A stretch of DNA of 64,000 nt, taken from NCBI GenBank assembly GCA_031385045.1, contig JANNBC010000054.1, forward strand, positions 61,562-125,561, read 5' to 3'. Below, one piece after another: positions 37,251 to 47,245 of this stretch (within the stretch, counting starts at the first letter, position 1; the number at the start of each line of letters is the position of its first letter). The notes below the pieces were generated by a model. The model was not told the origin of the DNA, searched no databases, and was given only the letters and a program-made list of their open reading frames with translations. Source of the DNA: a bacterium. GTDB lineage: Bacteria; Bdellovibrionota_C; UBA2361; CALJRW01. The translations under genes were made by a program, and so were the position numbers.

Positions 37251-39131
37251 TTAAGCACTTGGATCTCGCGACTCGAAATCTTTGGTAAAGAGTGTCTGTT
37301 TTATATAACTAAATTGTGAAGATACTGGGGGCAAGGTACTTGGGTTATTAAAACTAGTATCAAAATTAAAATTACGTGTTGGTGCGTAATAATGTCCAGT
37401 TGGAGACATATCTATTTTAATATTACTATGCACTGCTGGATTTAGATAAACCATACTACCTAATAAAGTTAATGTTTTTGCTCCGCCATTAATCCAGTTC
37501 TCATGAAGTCTTGGTAAATTATGGAATCCGCCATTAAGATAAACAATACTTGTAACCAAGGCTGCATTAATAGTTGTGTTAGTAGGAACAGGTCTAGATG
37601 CGTCCATGTACTCTAGAGTCGAATAAGAATCATCCCAGGCACCCGATAATACATTGTAGGAGTCAGAAATTAAAGCTGCCGGAATTTTATTAATCGAATT
37701 GAAGTTACCAACTGTATACAGACTTTGATTTGATACTATTGTTAAGCCCTTAATATTGGGGCCACCAGACACTCCTAGCTCGGCTGCATTCCAAATTCTT
37801 ATTCCATAATTATTAATTCCACTACTGTTTGGACCTTCGACTGTCAGATAAAAAACTAATCCGCCACTAGAAGTATCATCTAACTGAAGAGCCGATCCAT
37901 CTCGTAAGCATTGCAACAAATTTTTTAGATCAATCTCTTGCATCGTAATATAACCTAGATCCACATTTGTGATATCTTTAATCTGATTGTAAAATTTATA
38001 AGAGGCATTACTACTCGAATTAGTCATAGTAACAGGGCGCGGATTAAAACGACCCCCACTACCATTAGTGCAGGCATTGATAATATTAGTCTTAGCTACG
38101 TCAACACTATTATTTTTAGTACGCACTTCTATACCAGTTGCTGAATTTGCAGTAATCGGGGCTCCAGCCCCATCAACTTTTAAAACTAATCTAATATCAG
38201 CAGCATCCCAAAACTTGGAACCTTCGATTGGATCAAGGTCACTAAGACTGGGAACTTGAATTGCTGAGGAATGTTGGCGAACCATTCCATTCCAAGCGGC
38301 AAAATCAAGGGCGCCAAGAGAAGTGGTAACATTGCCTGGGCAGTCATAAGCCGCTGGCAGAACTGTTAGCATAGCCGGAGCAAGTGGTAAGGTAGGTATT
38401 TGATGGGCAATGCGTACTGGGCCTGCGTCACACTGATTCACCATCGGAGTTCCGCGATAGATTGAACCTGTTACTGTTATTTGCCCATAGATATCAAGCT
38501 GTGTCGGAGTATCAAGATAGAGATCTCCGTTGACATGAATTGGACCACTGACTGTCAGTGCTACTGGATGAAGCGGAACATCATGATTACCAAAAATTGC
38601 AAATTGATAAATTGGAACGGAACGACTTTTAATCTCAAGTCCCAGAATTGCTCCAGTTGAGCCATTACCACGGGTTGCCTCGGCATAAATTGTATAGCCA
38701 TTTTGGATTGCATATAATCCGGCATAATCCTCACCACTTGGGATCGTTATAGTAGTAGGGTTGCTAGCGTCTGGAAGAACATAAGTTTTTACTAGATTAT
38801 TTCCAAAGGTATAATCCTTACAGATGAAATCTCCTGCTCCATTATTTCCGCCGATACAAGGATTCGTTTCGTTAGGATGAGTTCCCGCGGGAGTTCCAAA
38901 GTTATCAAAAACTTGACGAAATTCCTCAGCCCGAGCATTAAGTGCTGCTTCAGCGGAGTAAAAAGATTTCTCTTGGCTAACAGAAGCTCCAACAGTTGCA
39001 AGTTCAATGGAGCTCATCGAATGATAAACTGCTAGAATTAGCCCCATAACTACTATCAGCATCATTGCCACAAACAAAGCATATCCTTGTTCCTGCTGAA
39101 TTCGATTACTTCCGTAAATAGATTTTTTCAT
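37251..39131 (-). CDS. PilX-like pilus assembly protein with a large C-terminal domain
   Basis: QG-YAL prepilin-like start lacking E5, hydrophobic helix, FYSAEA. Confidence 0.8.
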   Translation of the reverse strand: MKKSIYGSNRIQQEQGYALFVAMMLIVVMGLILAVYHSMSSIELATVGASVSQEKSFYSAEAALNARAEEFRQVFDNFGTPAGTHPNETNPCIGGNNGAGDFICKDYTFGNNLVKTYVLPDASNPTTITIPSGEDYAGLYAIQNGYTIYAEATRGNGSTGAILGLEIKSRSVPIYQFAIFGNHDVPLHPVALTVSGPIHVNGDLYLDTPTQLDIYGQITVTGSIYRGTPMVNQCDAGPVRIAHQIPTLPLAPAMLTVLPAAYDCPGNVTTSLGALDFAAWNGMVRQHSSAIQVPSLSDLDPIEGSKFWDAADIRLVLKVDGAGAPITANSATGIEVRTKNNSVDVAKTNIINACTNGSGGRFNPRPVTMTNSSSNASYKFYNQIKDITNVDLGYITMQEIDLKNLLQCLRDGSALQLDDTSSGGLVFYLTVEGPNSSGINNYGIRIWNAAELGVSGGPNIKGLTIVSNQSLYTVGNFNSINKIPAALISDSYNVLSGAWDDSYSTLEYMDASRPVPTNTTINAALVTSIVYLNGGFHNLPRLHENWINGGAKTLTLLGSMVYLNPAVHSNIKIDMSPTGHYYAPTRNFNFDTSFNNPSTLPPVSSQFSYIKQTLFTKDFESRDPSA

Positions 39132-39145
39132 ATGAATCTCTAAAT

Positions 39146-40090
39146 TTAATCTCTTTCCGCTGAAATTACATTCCTTGGAAGAAATTTAGATGTCCAAGAA
39201 CGTGTTAATGCCTGAGCTCCAGTTCCTTCTGTAGCTTCCACTGTAATTGCAATTGCTCGAATATCTTGCCAAGCCTGACTTGATGTAAAAGCAGGTAAGA
39301 TTGTGCCATCCTGCATCTCAACCCGAACTTGAAAATCAGTAATATGATTGGCAATATTCATTGAATAGCTGGGATCATTGGAGTCAACCAATTCTAAAAT
39401 ATGAGTGGCAGTATTTAACTGTACTCGCCATTCGTCTAAAAGATAAACAGAAGCGTTTCCAACTGTATAATTATATTGCCAGTTACCACTAGTGGGAGTT
39501 TTAAATAAGCGATATTGATTAACACCTGCAGACACAGACATATTTTCAACAGCTTCAAATGTTAGATATTCTCCGTGATCATTTAGTGAGTCATAAATAT
39601 AAGCATTGGACTGACCACCTTCAGCATTTGATAGATAAGTATTCCAAATACTATAATTATTGGCATTAACATTATGTCCACATGCAGCTGGCAAAGGTCC
39701 AGCTACGCTACTATTAAAAGAAAAAAATAAGCTACGATCCGCGCTTGTTGCTGTTAATGCTGAGCATAATGTGAGAACTTCCTCTAACAAATTTCTACGA
39801 AGACTTAGTACATCGGGAGCACCATTGGCACCATTTTGCACCAGTAATGCTGGAAAATCAGCTGGCAAATTGGCTCCCAACAAACGAATCTCGGAAGACA
39901 AGACATCAAAGATGCCTCGTAATTCTTGATTGGCGCGGAGATTCAATACATCTTTAGCATAAAGTTTTTTAAACGAAATAATCGAGGACAAGACTATCGT
40001 ACTAACTACTACGAGAATCGTGGTTGATACTAAAATTTCAACTAGGGTCATCCCCTTAATTGAGCTTGGTGAGAACGCTTTCAACTTCAT
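39146..40090 (-). CDS. PilW-like minor pilin
   Basis: KG-MTLVEILV, EIRLLG, C-terminal IRAIAITV...PRN. Confidence 0.8.
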   Translation of the reverse strand: MKLKAFSPSSIKGMTLVEILVSTTILVVVSTIVLSSIISFKKLYAKDVLNLRANQELRGIFDVLSSEIRLLGANLPADFPALLVQNGANGAPDVLSLRRNLLEEVLTLCSALTATSADRSLFFSFNSSVAGPLPAACGHNVNANNYSIWNTYLSNAEGGQSNAYIYDSLNDHGEYLTFEAVENMSVSAGVNQYRLFKTPTSGNWQYNYTVGNASVYLLDEWRVQLNTATHILELVDSNDPSYSMNIANHITDFQVRVEMQDGTILPAFTSSQAWQDIRAIAITVEATEGTGAQALTRSWTSKFLPRNVISAERD

Positions 40091-40481
40091 AAACTTCTTT
40101 GCTATTATAAGAAACAACTACTTTTAAATGCCTTGTTTCATTACTTGCTGTTGGTGGACAGTAAGTAAGATTGCTACAGTATGTAACAACTACGTTGTAG
40201 GTTTTATTTCCAAAAACAATATTAACTGCTGGGTCAGAAGACTCTGTTGTTGGCATGGTCGTGGTATCATCGAGTCTAATTTGATCAAAGACCTGCTGAG
40301 CTGCAATCTGCGCTTCTGATTTAATTTCAGCTAATTTCAACATACTATTAGCTTGCATCACAGCAGAACTAAAAGTCGTGGAGACAATTCCAATAATCAT
40401 TAGAGCCACCATAACTTCCATCAAGCTAAAGCCTTGAGAGCTAATACATTTCTCCCCTAAAAATTTTAGTTGTAAACTCAT
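40056..40481 (-). CDS. PilV-like minor pilin
   Basis: QG-FSLMEVMVAL.I. Confidence 0.8.
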   Translation of the reverse strand: MSLQLKFLGEKCISSQGFSLMEVMVALMIIGIVSTTFSSAVMQANSMLKLAEIKSEAQIAAQQVFDQIRLDDTTTMPTTESSDPAVNIVFGNKTYNVVVTYCSNLTYCPPTASNETRHLKVVVSYNSKEVYEVESVLTKLN

Positions 40482-40514
40482 AACATTATTAAAATAACTT
40501 TTCTGCTATTTGCC

Positions 40515-40964
40515 TTAGGAGGCAGAAATTCCTCCACCCAAAAAAACTTCAATTTTTTTAGTAAGTCCCGATTGATCAGTAATGTATAATTCTTCATTAT
40601 TAGGAAAACCTTGAGCGTCAATACAAATTGACCAAGTAGTTGTTGTGAAATTAGCACCAGTTGGAAGATTGAATGTTAAGTTTCCATCAACGACCCAAGA
40701 ATCAGAGGAATCACAAGAGGCGCGAAAACTTGCTTTCATTTGTTTATTTCCATTAGGAGCAAGTTGGTAGGCAACTAAGTTAGAAATTGCTTTAGCTTTA
40801 GCCAATTTGTACATACTAATAACCTGATCAGTTGCTGACTGAGTTGGAGAAACTAAATCTTTAAATCCAAAGACAGCTATGGACATCACAATTGATGCCA
40901 AGGACATCACGACAAGCAACTCCAATAAAGAAAAACCTTTTGCTTGTGAAAAACTGTTAAACAT
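40515..40964 (-). CDS. FimT/GspH-like minor pilin
   Basis: KG-FSLLELLVV, AKAKAI, C-terminal GGI. Confidence 0.8.
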   Translation of the reverse strand: MFNSFSQAKGFSLLELLVVMSLASIVMSIAVFGFKDLVSPTQSATDQVISMYKLAKAKAISNLVAYQLAPNGNKQMKASFRASCDSSDSWVVDGNLTFNLPTGANFTTTTWSICIDAQGFPNNEELYITDQSGLTKKIEVFLGGGISAS

Positions 40965-40970
40965 AAAATT

Positions 40971-40997
40971 ATATCGGTTTAAAATAGGATAACTTTA
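40971..40997 (-). promoter_or_regulatory. Sigma28 (FliA/WhiG)-type promoter of the minor-pilin operon
   Basis: TAAAGTTA-N11-ACCGATAT versus consensus TAAAGTTT-N11-GCCGATAA. Confidence 0.6.
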
Positions 40998-41191
40998 ATA
41001 TTTAGGGGTAATATATAGTCACTAGATTCTCTGATTTCCAATTCCTGGCAATCTTATATGATACCTTATTATAGGTTTAGTTTGCTAAAAATACCTTAAT
41101 TTTCAATTAATTAGTTAATTTTAGAAACAGCGAACTCAAATCATCATCAGAAACCTGAAAATTAGTGATTTGGCGCAAATAAGAGACTTTT

Positions 41192-42262
41192 TTATCCCTG
41201 CCCAGCAAGTGTTCCACAAGCAGCACTAATATCTGCCCCCCCAGAGTATCTTCTAACTACTGGTTGTTTTAAGTAAACATTTAAAGCATCTCGAAAGGCA
41301 TTCATTTCTTGCTCAGTAGGTCTTTGATATAAATTAGTTGAATCAGTAACTTCAATTAAATCAAGACGAACTTGAGTATCACCAATCAGTTCAGCTAAAG
41401 CTTGGGCATCTTCTTCATAAATATTTTCACCGCTAATACAAACATAAGCCAACATGACTCTTTCTTTTCGCGCTAAGGAATAACGTCTAGCAGCAGCAAT
41501 GACTTCTTTAATCGGAGTCCTAGAAGCAACAGGTACTAAGCGACTTCGTTTTTCATCAGTGGACGCTCCTAAACTAATTGATAAACGAAATGGTCGATCT
41601 TCATCAATAAAACGATTGATCTTATCAACTACACCAACAGTACTAATTGTAATTGCCTTAGAGCTAATAGCATTAAGAACTGGATAGCAAAGTAACTCGG
41701 CAGAGCGAAGAACATTCTCATAATTAAGAAATGGCTCTCCCATACCCATAAAGACGGCGCCAGTTACTTTTCGTTCGGATTCATTAGCAATTTTTCTAGC
41801 CTGATGCATTTGATCAACAATTTCCCAGCTTTCTAAATTTCGACGTTTTGGCATCCGAGCTGTTGCACAAAAAGTACAACCCATGACACAACCTACTTGT
41901 GAAGAGAGACAAATTGTAACGGAATTTTCCTTATGTAAGGGAATAATAACTGTTTCAATATTTAAACCATCGGCAGTTTTAAAAAGTAATTTTTGAAATC
42001 CATCTGTCGCCGATGTTACCACTCGTTCTAACTCTAATGAGGGTAGGATCTCTAATTCTGAAGCTCTTTGATTACTAATAATTCCAACACTTGCCCATTC
42101 CTGCGGGTCTAAATGTCGGCGCCCTAACACAGCGCCCAAAAGTCGTGCCCCATTTTTTTCATTGATTCCAAATTCTGCCAAATTCTTTAAGAAAACCTTG
42201 GGTGAATAAGCGCGTGGATCTAGCAGGTTGGGATTATTATTGATTTTTAACAAAGAAGACAT
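41192..42262 (-). CDS. RlmN/Cfr-family radical SAM methyltransferase (divergent)
   Basis: CLSSQVGC.MGCTFCAT, FMGMGEP, ISTVG, DISAACG. Confidence 0.88.
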   Translation of the reverse strand: MSSLLKINNNPNLLDPRAYSPKVFLKNLAEFGINEKNGARLLGAVLGRRHLDPQEWASVGIISNQRASELEILPSLELERVVTSATDGFQKLLFKTADGLNIETVIIPLHKENSVTICLSSQVGCVMGCTFCATARMPKRRNLESWEIVDQMHQARKIANESERKVTGAVFMGMGEPFLNYENVLRSAELLCYPVLNAISSKAITISTVGVVDKINRFIDEDRPFRLSISLGASTDEKRSRLVPVASRTPIKEVIAAARRYSLARKERVMLAYVCISGENIYEEDAQALAELIGDTQVRLDLIEVTDSTNLYQRPTEQEMNAFRDALNVYLKQPVVRRYSGGADISAACGTLAGQG

Positions 42263-42465
42263 GATTATATTCAATAATAGCTTAGAGCACTTGATTAGAT
42301 GATTTGCGCTTAAAATATAGGAAGAAGTACTCGCTGGCAAGCAAAGGTAAATAAAGTTACTACTTACTTGAGTAAAAGGTAAAAGTTGCTATCTTCATCT
42401 AAGAAATATAGCTGTTTGAGTTTATCTCTTACTTTTCTGGATTTTTGTAGTAACCCCTTAATCAA

Positions 42466-44145
42466 ATGCCAAGTCCTTCTCCTGACGATAGGCCTTCTCC
42501 TGAAGATCAACAAACTGATACTCCTATGCCAATTACCCTGGCAACAAAGGAAGTGCAACTTTTTCCAACAACTATTAAGGTTCAGCTTCCTACAAGTGTT
42601 TTTCAATTAAGTGCTTGGGGTAATGTCGCTTTAAATCACTTTGAGTTTGATTCTAGTGGATTTGAATTAATTAATAAGGCAGAAGGACAATATCCCGCCT
42701 TGATGGAATTAGGTCAGCATTTCTATGAAGTGATCCATCGATCTATTAATCAATTAAAAAATGCCGATCGTAAGGAGTGGATACGTTTTTTACTCGCTGG
42801 CCCAGACATTGCCCGAGAGCAAGCAGATCAAAAAAATATTCCAATTAATCCCGTAGAATTGGCTTATGCCAATTTATTATTCTCTGCTTCATGCCTTTGT
42901 CGAGCTGATGCAATTGAAGATCGGAGCTCTAATCATTATAAGCTTTGGCGGGAAGCTGGTTTCATAACTTCTGCTCAATTTATTAAGGAGCTTAATCAAG
43001 CTACTACATATGATACTCTTGTTGGTCCAAGGCCAATTATTCAACTAAAAGAAAAGTTACAGATACTAACTCAAAAAAATCCTGGTTCTCCAAGACTAAT
43101 GTTTGCCATTAATGATCTGATTGAAAGCTTCGATACTACTAATGAATACTTAGATAAAGTAAAAAAAGAATATGGAATACTTGGCGATCGCCTATTTGCT
43201 TTGTCTACTGAAGCAATTGGCGAAAATCAAATACTTACACGCCAAAATTATCGCAACTTAAGAAAACTAACAGAATCAATCAAGGAACATGTTTCCCAAG
43301 ATACTTGGTGCAATGCAGATGACTATGTTCGAAAATTATTATCACCTGAGGGTGGGCATCTTGTCTGTGTGCCAGATAATATTTATCCTAATGAATCGCT
43401 CCGAAAGGCTGTTTTAGGAATGATCCGAGAAGTAAATCAGGAAGCCCAACATATCATCTTAGCAGGTAGTCGTTGGGTAGATTGCCTACTGCCGTTTGAT
43501 CCTAAAAAGCGCTCGGCAGAAGACTTGATCGCTGCAATTCATTATTGGTTTAAAGAAAAAGATCCTTCCCTAACGCTCCAATCATTTTTACAGATGCCTA
43601 GTGGACGCATTCAAATCGATAATATCTATTCTTTTTTTAAGCAGTTAAAAGGCAATCATTTCAATTCTAAAGCAACACTGCAACTAAGCATTGATCCTGA
43701 TTTAAAAAATAACTTTGAACCGGGAACAAAAGTTGTGATTGTTGGTGCCAATACTTGGGAAAGTTACTTTTTAAATACCAAGTATGTTTCAGTCGCCGTG
43801 AGTAATACAAAATCAGAAAGTCATCTTGATTTAAGCGTTCCTTTGATTGCCGATTCGGGTATTAGATATTTCAAGGCAGCTGCCTATGCCGTTGCTAATG
43901 ATTATGGATCTGGTGCCTGGAAAAGCTGTTACTTTTCAGGAGACAACTTAATGCAGGTAATCTCTAGTATGAAATGGGAAGAACCAAAAGATTTATTTAA
44001 TCAATGGATCAGGGCTCAACAGCTTAGCAAAGAACAATTAGCCGCAGAAAAATACCATAATCACTATATACTTATTCACGATAGAGATCAGGATCGGAAT
44101 CGACCGAAAAAAGTGCGCCCAAGTAAGAAACTAGTTTTAACCTAA
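42466..44145 (+). CDS. Hypothetical protein with Pro/Ser-rich N-terminus
   Basis: 559-aa ORF; no family recognised. Confidence 0.6.
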   Translation: MPSPSPDDRPSPEDQQTDTPMPITLATKEVQLFPTTIKVQLPTSVFQLSAWGNVALNHFEFDSSGFELINKAEGQYPALMELGQHFYEVIHRSINQLKNADRKEWIRFLLAGPDIAREQADQKNIPINPVELAYANLLFSASCLCRADAIEDRSSNHYKLWREAGFITSAQFIKELNQATTYDTLVGPRPIIQLKEKLQILTQKNPGSPRLMFAINDLIESFDTTNEYLDKVKKEYGILGDRLFALSTEAIGENQILTRQNYRNLRKLTESIKEHVSQDTWCNADDYVRKLLSPEGGHLVCVPDNIYPNESLRKAVLGMIREVNQEAQHIILAGSRWVDCLLPFDPKKRSAEDLIAAIHYWFKEKDPSLTLQSFLQMPSGRIQIDNIYSFFKQLKGNHFNSKATLQLSIDPDLKNNFEPGTKVVIVGANTWESYFLNTKYVSVAVSNTKSESHLDLSVPLIADSGIRYFKAAAYAVANDYGSGAWKSCYFSGDNLMQVISSMKWEEPKDLFNQWIRAQQLSKEQLAAEKYHNHYILIHDRDQDRNRPKKVRPSKKLVLT

Positions 44146-44211
44146 AATTTTAAAATTCTGCTAGCAAAAGTCTCTTTTGAAAAACCAACGAAGATCGGCT
44201 AAACTTAGCTA

Positions 44212-44745
44212 GTGCCCGATCATAAACTTCACCGTAATTTTAATATTTTACTACTCTGCCCATTGACGATTGGCATTTTGTTCTATTACCTAGCGGTTGA
44301 TCCCAAACTCCTAGCAATCTTAGCAGTTGCCTTTGTCTATGCGACTTTTTTTGCACATCCTGATTTAGATTTAGCGAACCAAATTAAACTTTTTTCTTTG
44401 ACTGGCTTTTTTACATTACCCTTTAGAATCTTTTACGCTCCATTTATTAAGCACCGCAGTAAGATTAGCCATAGCCTAATCTGGGGCACTCCCAGCCGCA
44501 TCCTAGCTGTGATTCTCTTCGCCTTACTAGTTACTTTTCTCTACCTCTGTTATCAAAAAATCGGCTCTACTGGACTTCACAAAAATGACCTTGGAAGTAT
44601 TTGGCAAAAGGTCCTGGGGATTGCCCGAACGGCCAGCCAACAGTCTTGGAAGCTAGCCATTCTTCACCAGACAGAAATCCTTTTTGCGATTGGAGGTTTC
44701 TATCTAGCAGACTTGGGACACCTCTTACTTGATAAGCTAAAGTAG
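44212..44745 (+). CDS. DUF2227-like membrane metal-binding protein
   Basis: MP....H, PDLDL, HRS..SH....G, C-terminal H...D. Confidence 0.75.
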   Translation: MPDHKLHRNFNILLLCPLTIGILFYYLAVDPKLLAILAVAFVYATFFAHPDLDLANQIKLFSLTGFFTLPFRIFYAPFIKHRSKISHSLIWGTPSRILAVILFALLVTFLYLCYQKIGSTGLHKNDLGSIWQKVLGIARTASQQSWKLAILHQTEILFAIGGFYLADLGHLLLDKLK

Positions 44746-44797
44746 GGTAACAAAATAGATCTAGGAGATTGGCTAAAAAAATGGTATTAGTGGATTA

Positions 44798-45715
44798 ATG
44801 CCGTTTTCCATTGATTTGCAAACTGCTGGTTTTACGTACCCGGATACTTTCCCAAGCGCAATCTTTGCGCGCCCAACCCAGCATTATGAATCGGGAGCAT
44901 TTCCGAAACAACCGACACCGACCAATACTAACTCCCTTTCTATTTTATCTTCTGAATCCTTGCCTCCACCAAACTTTGAGTTTGATTCTCAGGTAAGATC
45001 AATTATGCCAACAGAACAAATGACATTCACTGGTGACCATAGAGTTGGACAGGTTGAAATCATCGGGCAGGTGCACACAATTTTTAATGAAAATCCTCAG
45101 ACACTTAAAAAAATTGGAGTCTGCCAAGAACAGGTTCTACTACATCTCCAATCTAGAGGAGCCCAAACAATTTTTGTAGAAGGCTTATGGCGCGATTTTC
45201 CAGCAGGTTCTTATGCCCCAAATGAATTTTCGAAGTACTGCTTTTATTTACTACCTAAAGAGCATGCCGAAAATCATCAACCTCAAAACTTTAGTGGCTT
45301 TATAAAAAATCTATTTCAAAATTTTCAACCTGGTGCAACATTTAGTGAAGAACAAAAGCTTTACTTGGGACTAATTGGTGCACCATATATTTATGCCATC
45401 TGTAACCCACAAGTCAGTCTGCAAAAAACTATCTCTTCTGAGGATGACTTAAAAATACCTGTTCTCATAGCGCAAAATATAGATAATCCTGAGAACGTTC
45501 ATTTTCTACGCTTTGAATTACGAGAATACTTAGCACTACAAGAAGCCAAAAAATATTTAGAACGTTACCCGGGGACTAAAGTATCAATAGTCTATGGAAG
45601 CAGTCACGAATTTCTACCACAGGCCGACAAGGTCTTTCAAAACAACACCCCAGTGATTACCACTGTCAAATGGCTTTCATTAGAGAACAAACTTGGCTGG
45701 GATAATGCCGCTTAA
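44798..45715 (+). CDS. Hypothetical protein, possibly TraB/ChaN/EreA-fold
   Basis: GQVH, VEG, RE and VYGSSH in the order typical of that superfamily. Confidence 0.45.
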   Translation: MPFSIDLQTAGFTYPDTFPSAIFARPTQHYESGAFPKQPTPTNTNSLSILSSESLPPPNFEFDSQVRSIMPTEQMTFTGDHRVGQVEIIGQVHTIFNENPQTLKKIGVCQEQVLLHLQSRGAQTIFVEGLWRDFPAGSYAPNEFSKYCFYLLPKEHAENHQPQNFSGFIKNLFQNFQPGATFSEEQKLYLGLIGAPYIYAICNPQVSLQKTISSEDDLKIPVLIAQNIDNPENVHFLRFELREYLALQEAKKYLERYPGTKVSIVYGSSHEFLPQADKVFQNNTPVITTVKWLSLENKLGWDNAA

Positions 45716-45775
45716 AAACATTAGTAAAGGCTAATTTGGCCTACCTCGCTAAATATTATTAATTCTCTCTTTTCA

Positions 45776-45806
45776 TTGACAACCTTTCCTTCCCAGCAGA
45801 CGTCTA
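45776..45806 (+). promoter_or_regulatory. Putative autoregulatory ECF promoter
   Basis: gacAAC-N17-CGTCTA about 20 nt before the ECF sigma ATG. Confidence 0.5.
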
Positions 45807-45825
45807 GTAAATTGAAGTCTATTAC

Positions 45826-46287
45826 ATGAACTATAATCAACTAGTCGAAAAGCATTATGAGGCGGTCTTTCGGTTTTGTTATTACTTTCTGGGTTCTAGG
45901 CAAGATGCCGAAGATCTGACTCAAGAAGTCTTTATAAAAGCTAATAACAAACTATCGACGCTAGAATCTGAATCATCAGCTAAAAGCTGGTTGCTTCAGA
46001 TTGCCCGCAATAAGTGTATCGATCAGAAACGTTGGTGGAAAAGACTTTTTGCTTTAAAAGAGCAAGTTGGTGCCCTCCAACTAGAAAGCAGTCATTCTCC
46101 AGATATGAAAATAATATTGGAAAAAGCACTTAACTTGCTCTCCGCTAGGCAAAAAGAAGTTTTCATTTATAGACATTTCATGGACTATAGCACCGAGCAA
46201 ACAGCAGAACTTTTAGGCATTAATCCAGGGAGCGTAAAATCACACTTGAGCCGTGCCATTGAAAAGATCAGCAAAGATTTGGAATAA
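45826..46287 (+). CDS. ECF RNA polymerase sigma factor
   Basis: DAEDLTQEVF, SWL..IARN..ID, region 4 HTH GSVKSHLSRA. Confidence 0.93.
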   Translation: MNYNQLVEKHYEAVFRFCYYFLGSRQDAEDLTQEVFIKANNKLSTLESESSAKSWLLQIARNKCIDQKRWWKRLFALKEQVGALQLESSHSPDMKIILEKALNLLSARQKEVFIYRHFMDYSTEQTAELLGINPGSVKSHLSRAIEKISKDLE

Positions 46288-46289
46288 TT

Positions 46290-46658
46290 ATGATGGATAA
46301 TGAATTAGAAAAAATTTGGGAATCACACCTGAGTCAAGAAAAATTAAATAAGGTAAAAGCTCAGCTAGATCAAATAAAAGATATCTCTGTACCAATTAAT
46401 CTAAAAGCTAAAATTCTTAACCCCGAGCCTAGTAGTTCAAAGTTACGTTATTCTTTATTACCGCTTTCCGCTATTTGCCTATTAATGTTTCTGCTCTTTA
46501 ATACAAAATCGCAAGACAGCTATCAAATTAGCCTACACTCTGAAATTAGTTCTAATGAAACACGCGAACTAGACTCGGTGCTTAGTTTCTATCTGGAAGA
46601 TGACAATTTTAATTTAACACTTAGCGAGCTAAGTATTTTAGAAGAAGAGGGAAAATGA
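46290..46658 (+). CDS. Putative single-TM anti-sigma factor
   Basis: Directly follows the ECF gene; one TM segment. Confidence 0.6.
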   Translation: MMDNELEKIWESHLSQEKLNKVKAQLDQIKDISVPINLKAKILNPEPSSSKLRYSLLPLSAICLLMFLLFNTKSQDSYQISLHSEISSNETRELDSVLSFYLEDDNFNLTLSELSILEEEGK

Positions 46659-47131
46659 AACAATTAATCCTAGCCCTAGTGGCACTACTAATATTTGCGC
46701 CAGTTGTCTTTGCTGAAGACTGGCAACATGACAAACCTCCAAGGTCTGATCATAAGTTTAGTCCTGAAGACAAGGAAATCTTTGCTCTGATGAAAGACAA
46801 ACATCAGGATATGATCAAGGAAATGGAGCAAATGATGGAAGAAAGAAAAAAACTAGGAGAGCTACTACGAAATCCAGAGACTACTGATGCTCAAATTCGA
46901 GAGCAATCAAAAGTGATTAACGATCGAATGTTGGCAATCAATGATAAGCGAACGGATGACATTCTAAGTCTTAGAAAAAAACTTCCTCCAGAAAAATTTA
47001 AAAAGATCTTAGATCGCTTTGACGAAAAAAGAGAAGAAATGCGAGATAAGTTTAAAGATAAATCTGAAAAATTTGGAGATCGTAAATTTGAAAAATTTGG
47101 AGATCGGCCACCTCATCTGCAAGAACACTAA
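46655..47131 (+). CDS. Spy/CpxP-like periplasmic helical protein
   Basis: Signal peptide; charged, Met-rich helices; LPPEK motif. Confidence 0.7.
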   Translation: MKQLILALVALLIFAPVVFAEDWQHDKPPRSDHKFSPEDKEIFALMKDKHQDMIKEMEQMMEERKKLGELLRNPETTDAQIREQSKVINDRMLAINDKRTDDILSLRKKLPPEKFKKILDRFDEKREEMRDKFKDKSEKFGDRKFEKFGDRPPHLQEH

Positions 47132-47144
47132 GATAAAACCAACC

Positions 47145-47167
47145 AGGTAGGGCTACTAGCCCTACCT
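47145..47167. terminator. Hairpin after the ECF operon
   Basis: aggtagggcta-c-tagccctacct. Confidence 0.55.
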
Positions 47168-47245
47168 ATTAAACTAGCAAATCCTTCCAATCTTCGGTCT
47201 TTACATCTAGACTCAAACTGACATAAAATTTTGGCTACCCTCATA

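Noticed and set aside
41192..42262. Cfr antibiotic-resistance gene
   Set aside because: MGMGEPF is RlmN-like and there is no mobile context; Cfr cannot be supported.
47066..47106. 17-bp direct repeat gaaaaatttggagatcg
   Set aside because: In-frame duplication (EKFGDR x2) in a low-complexity protein tail.
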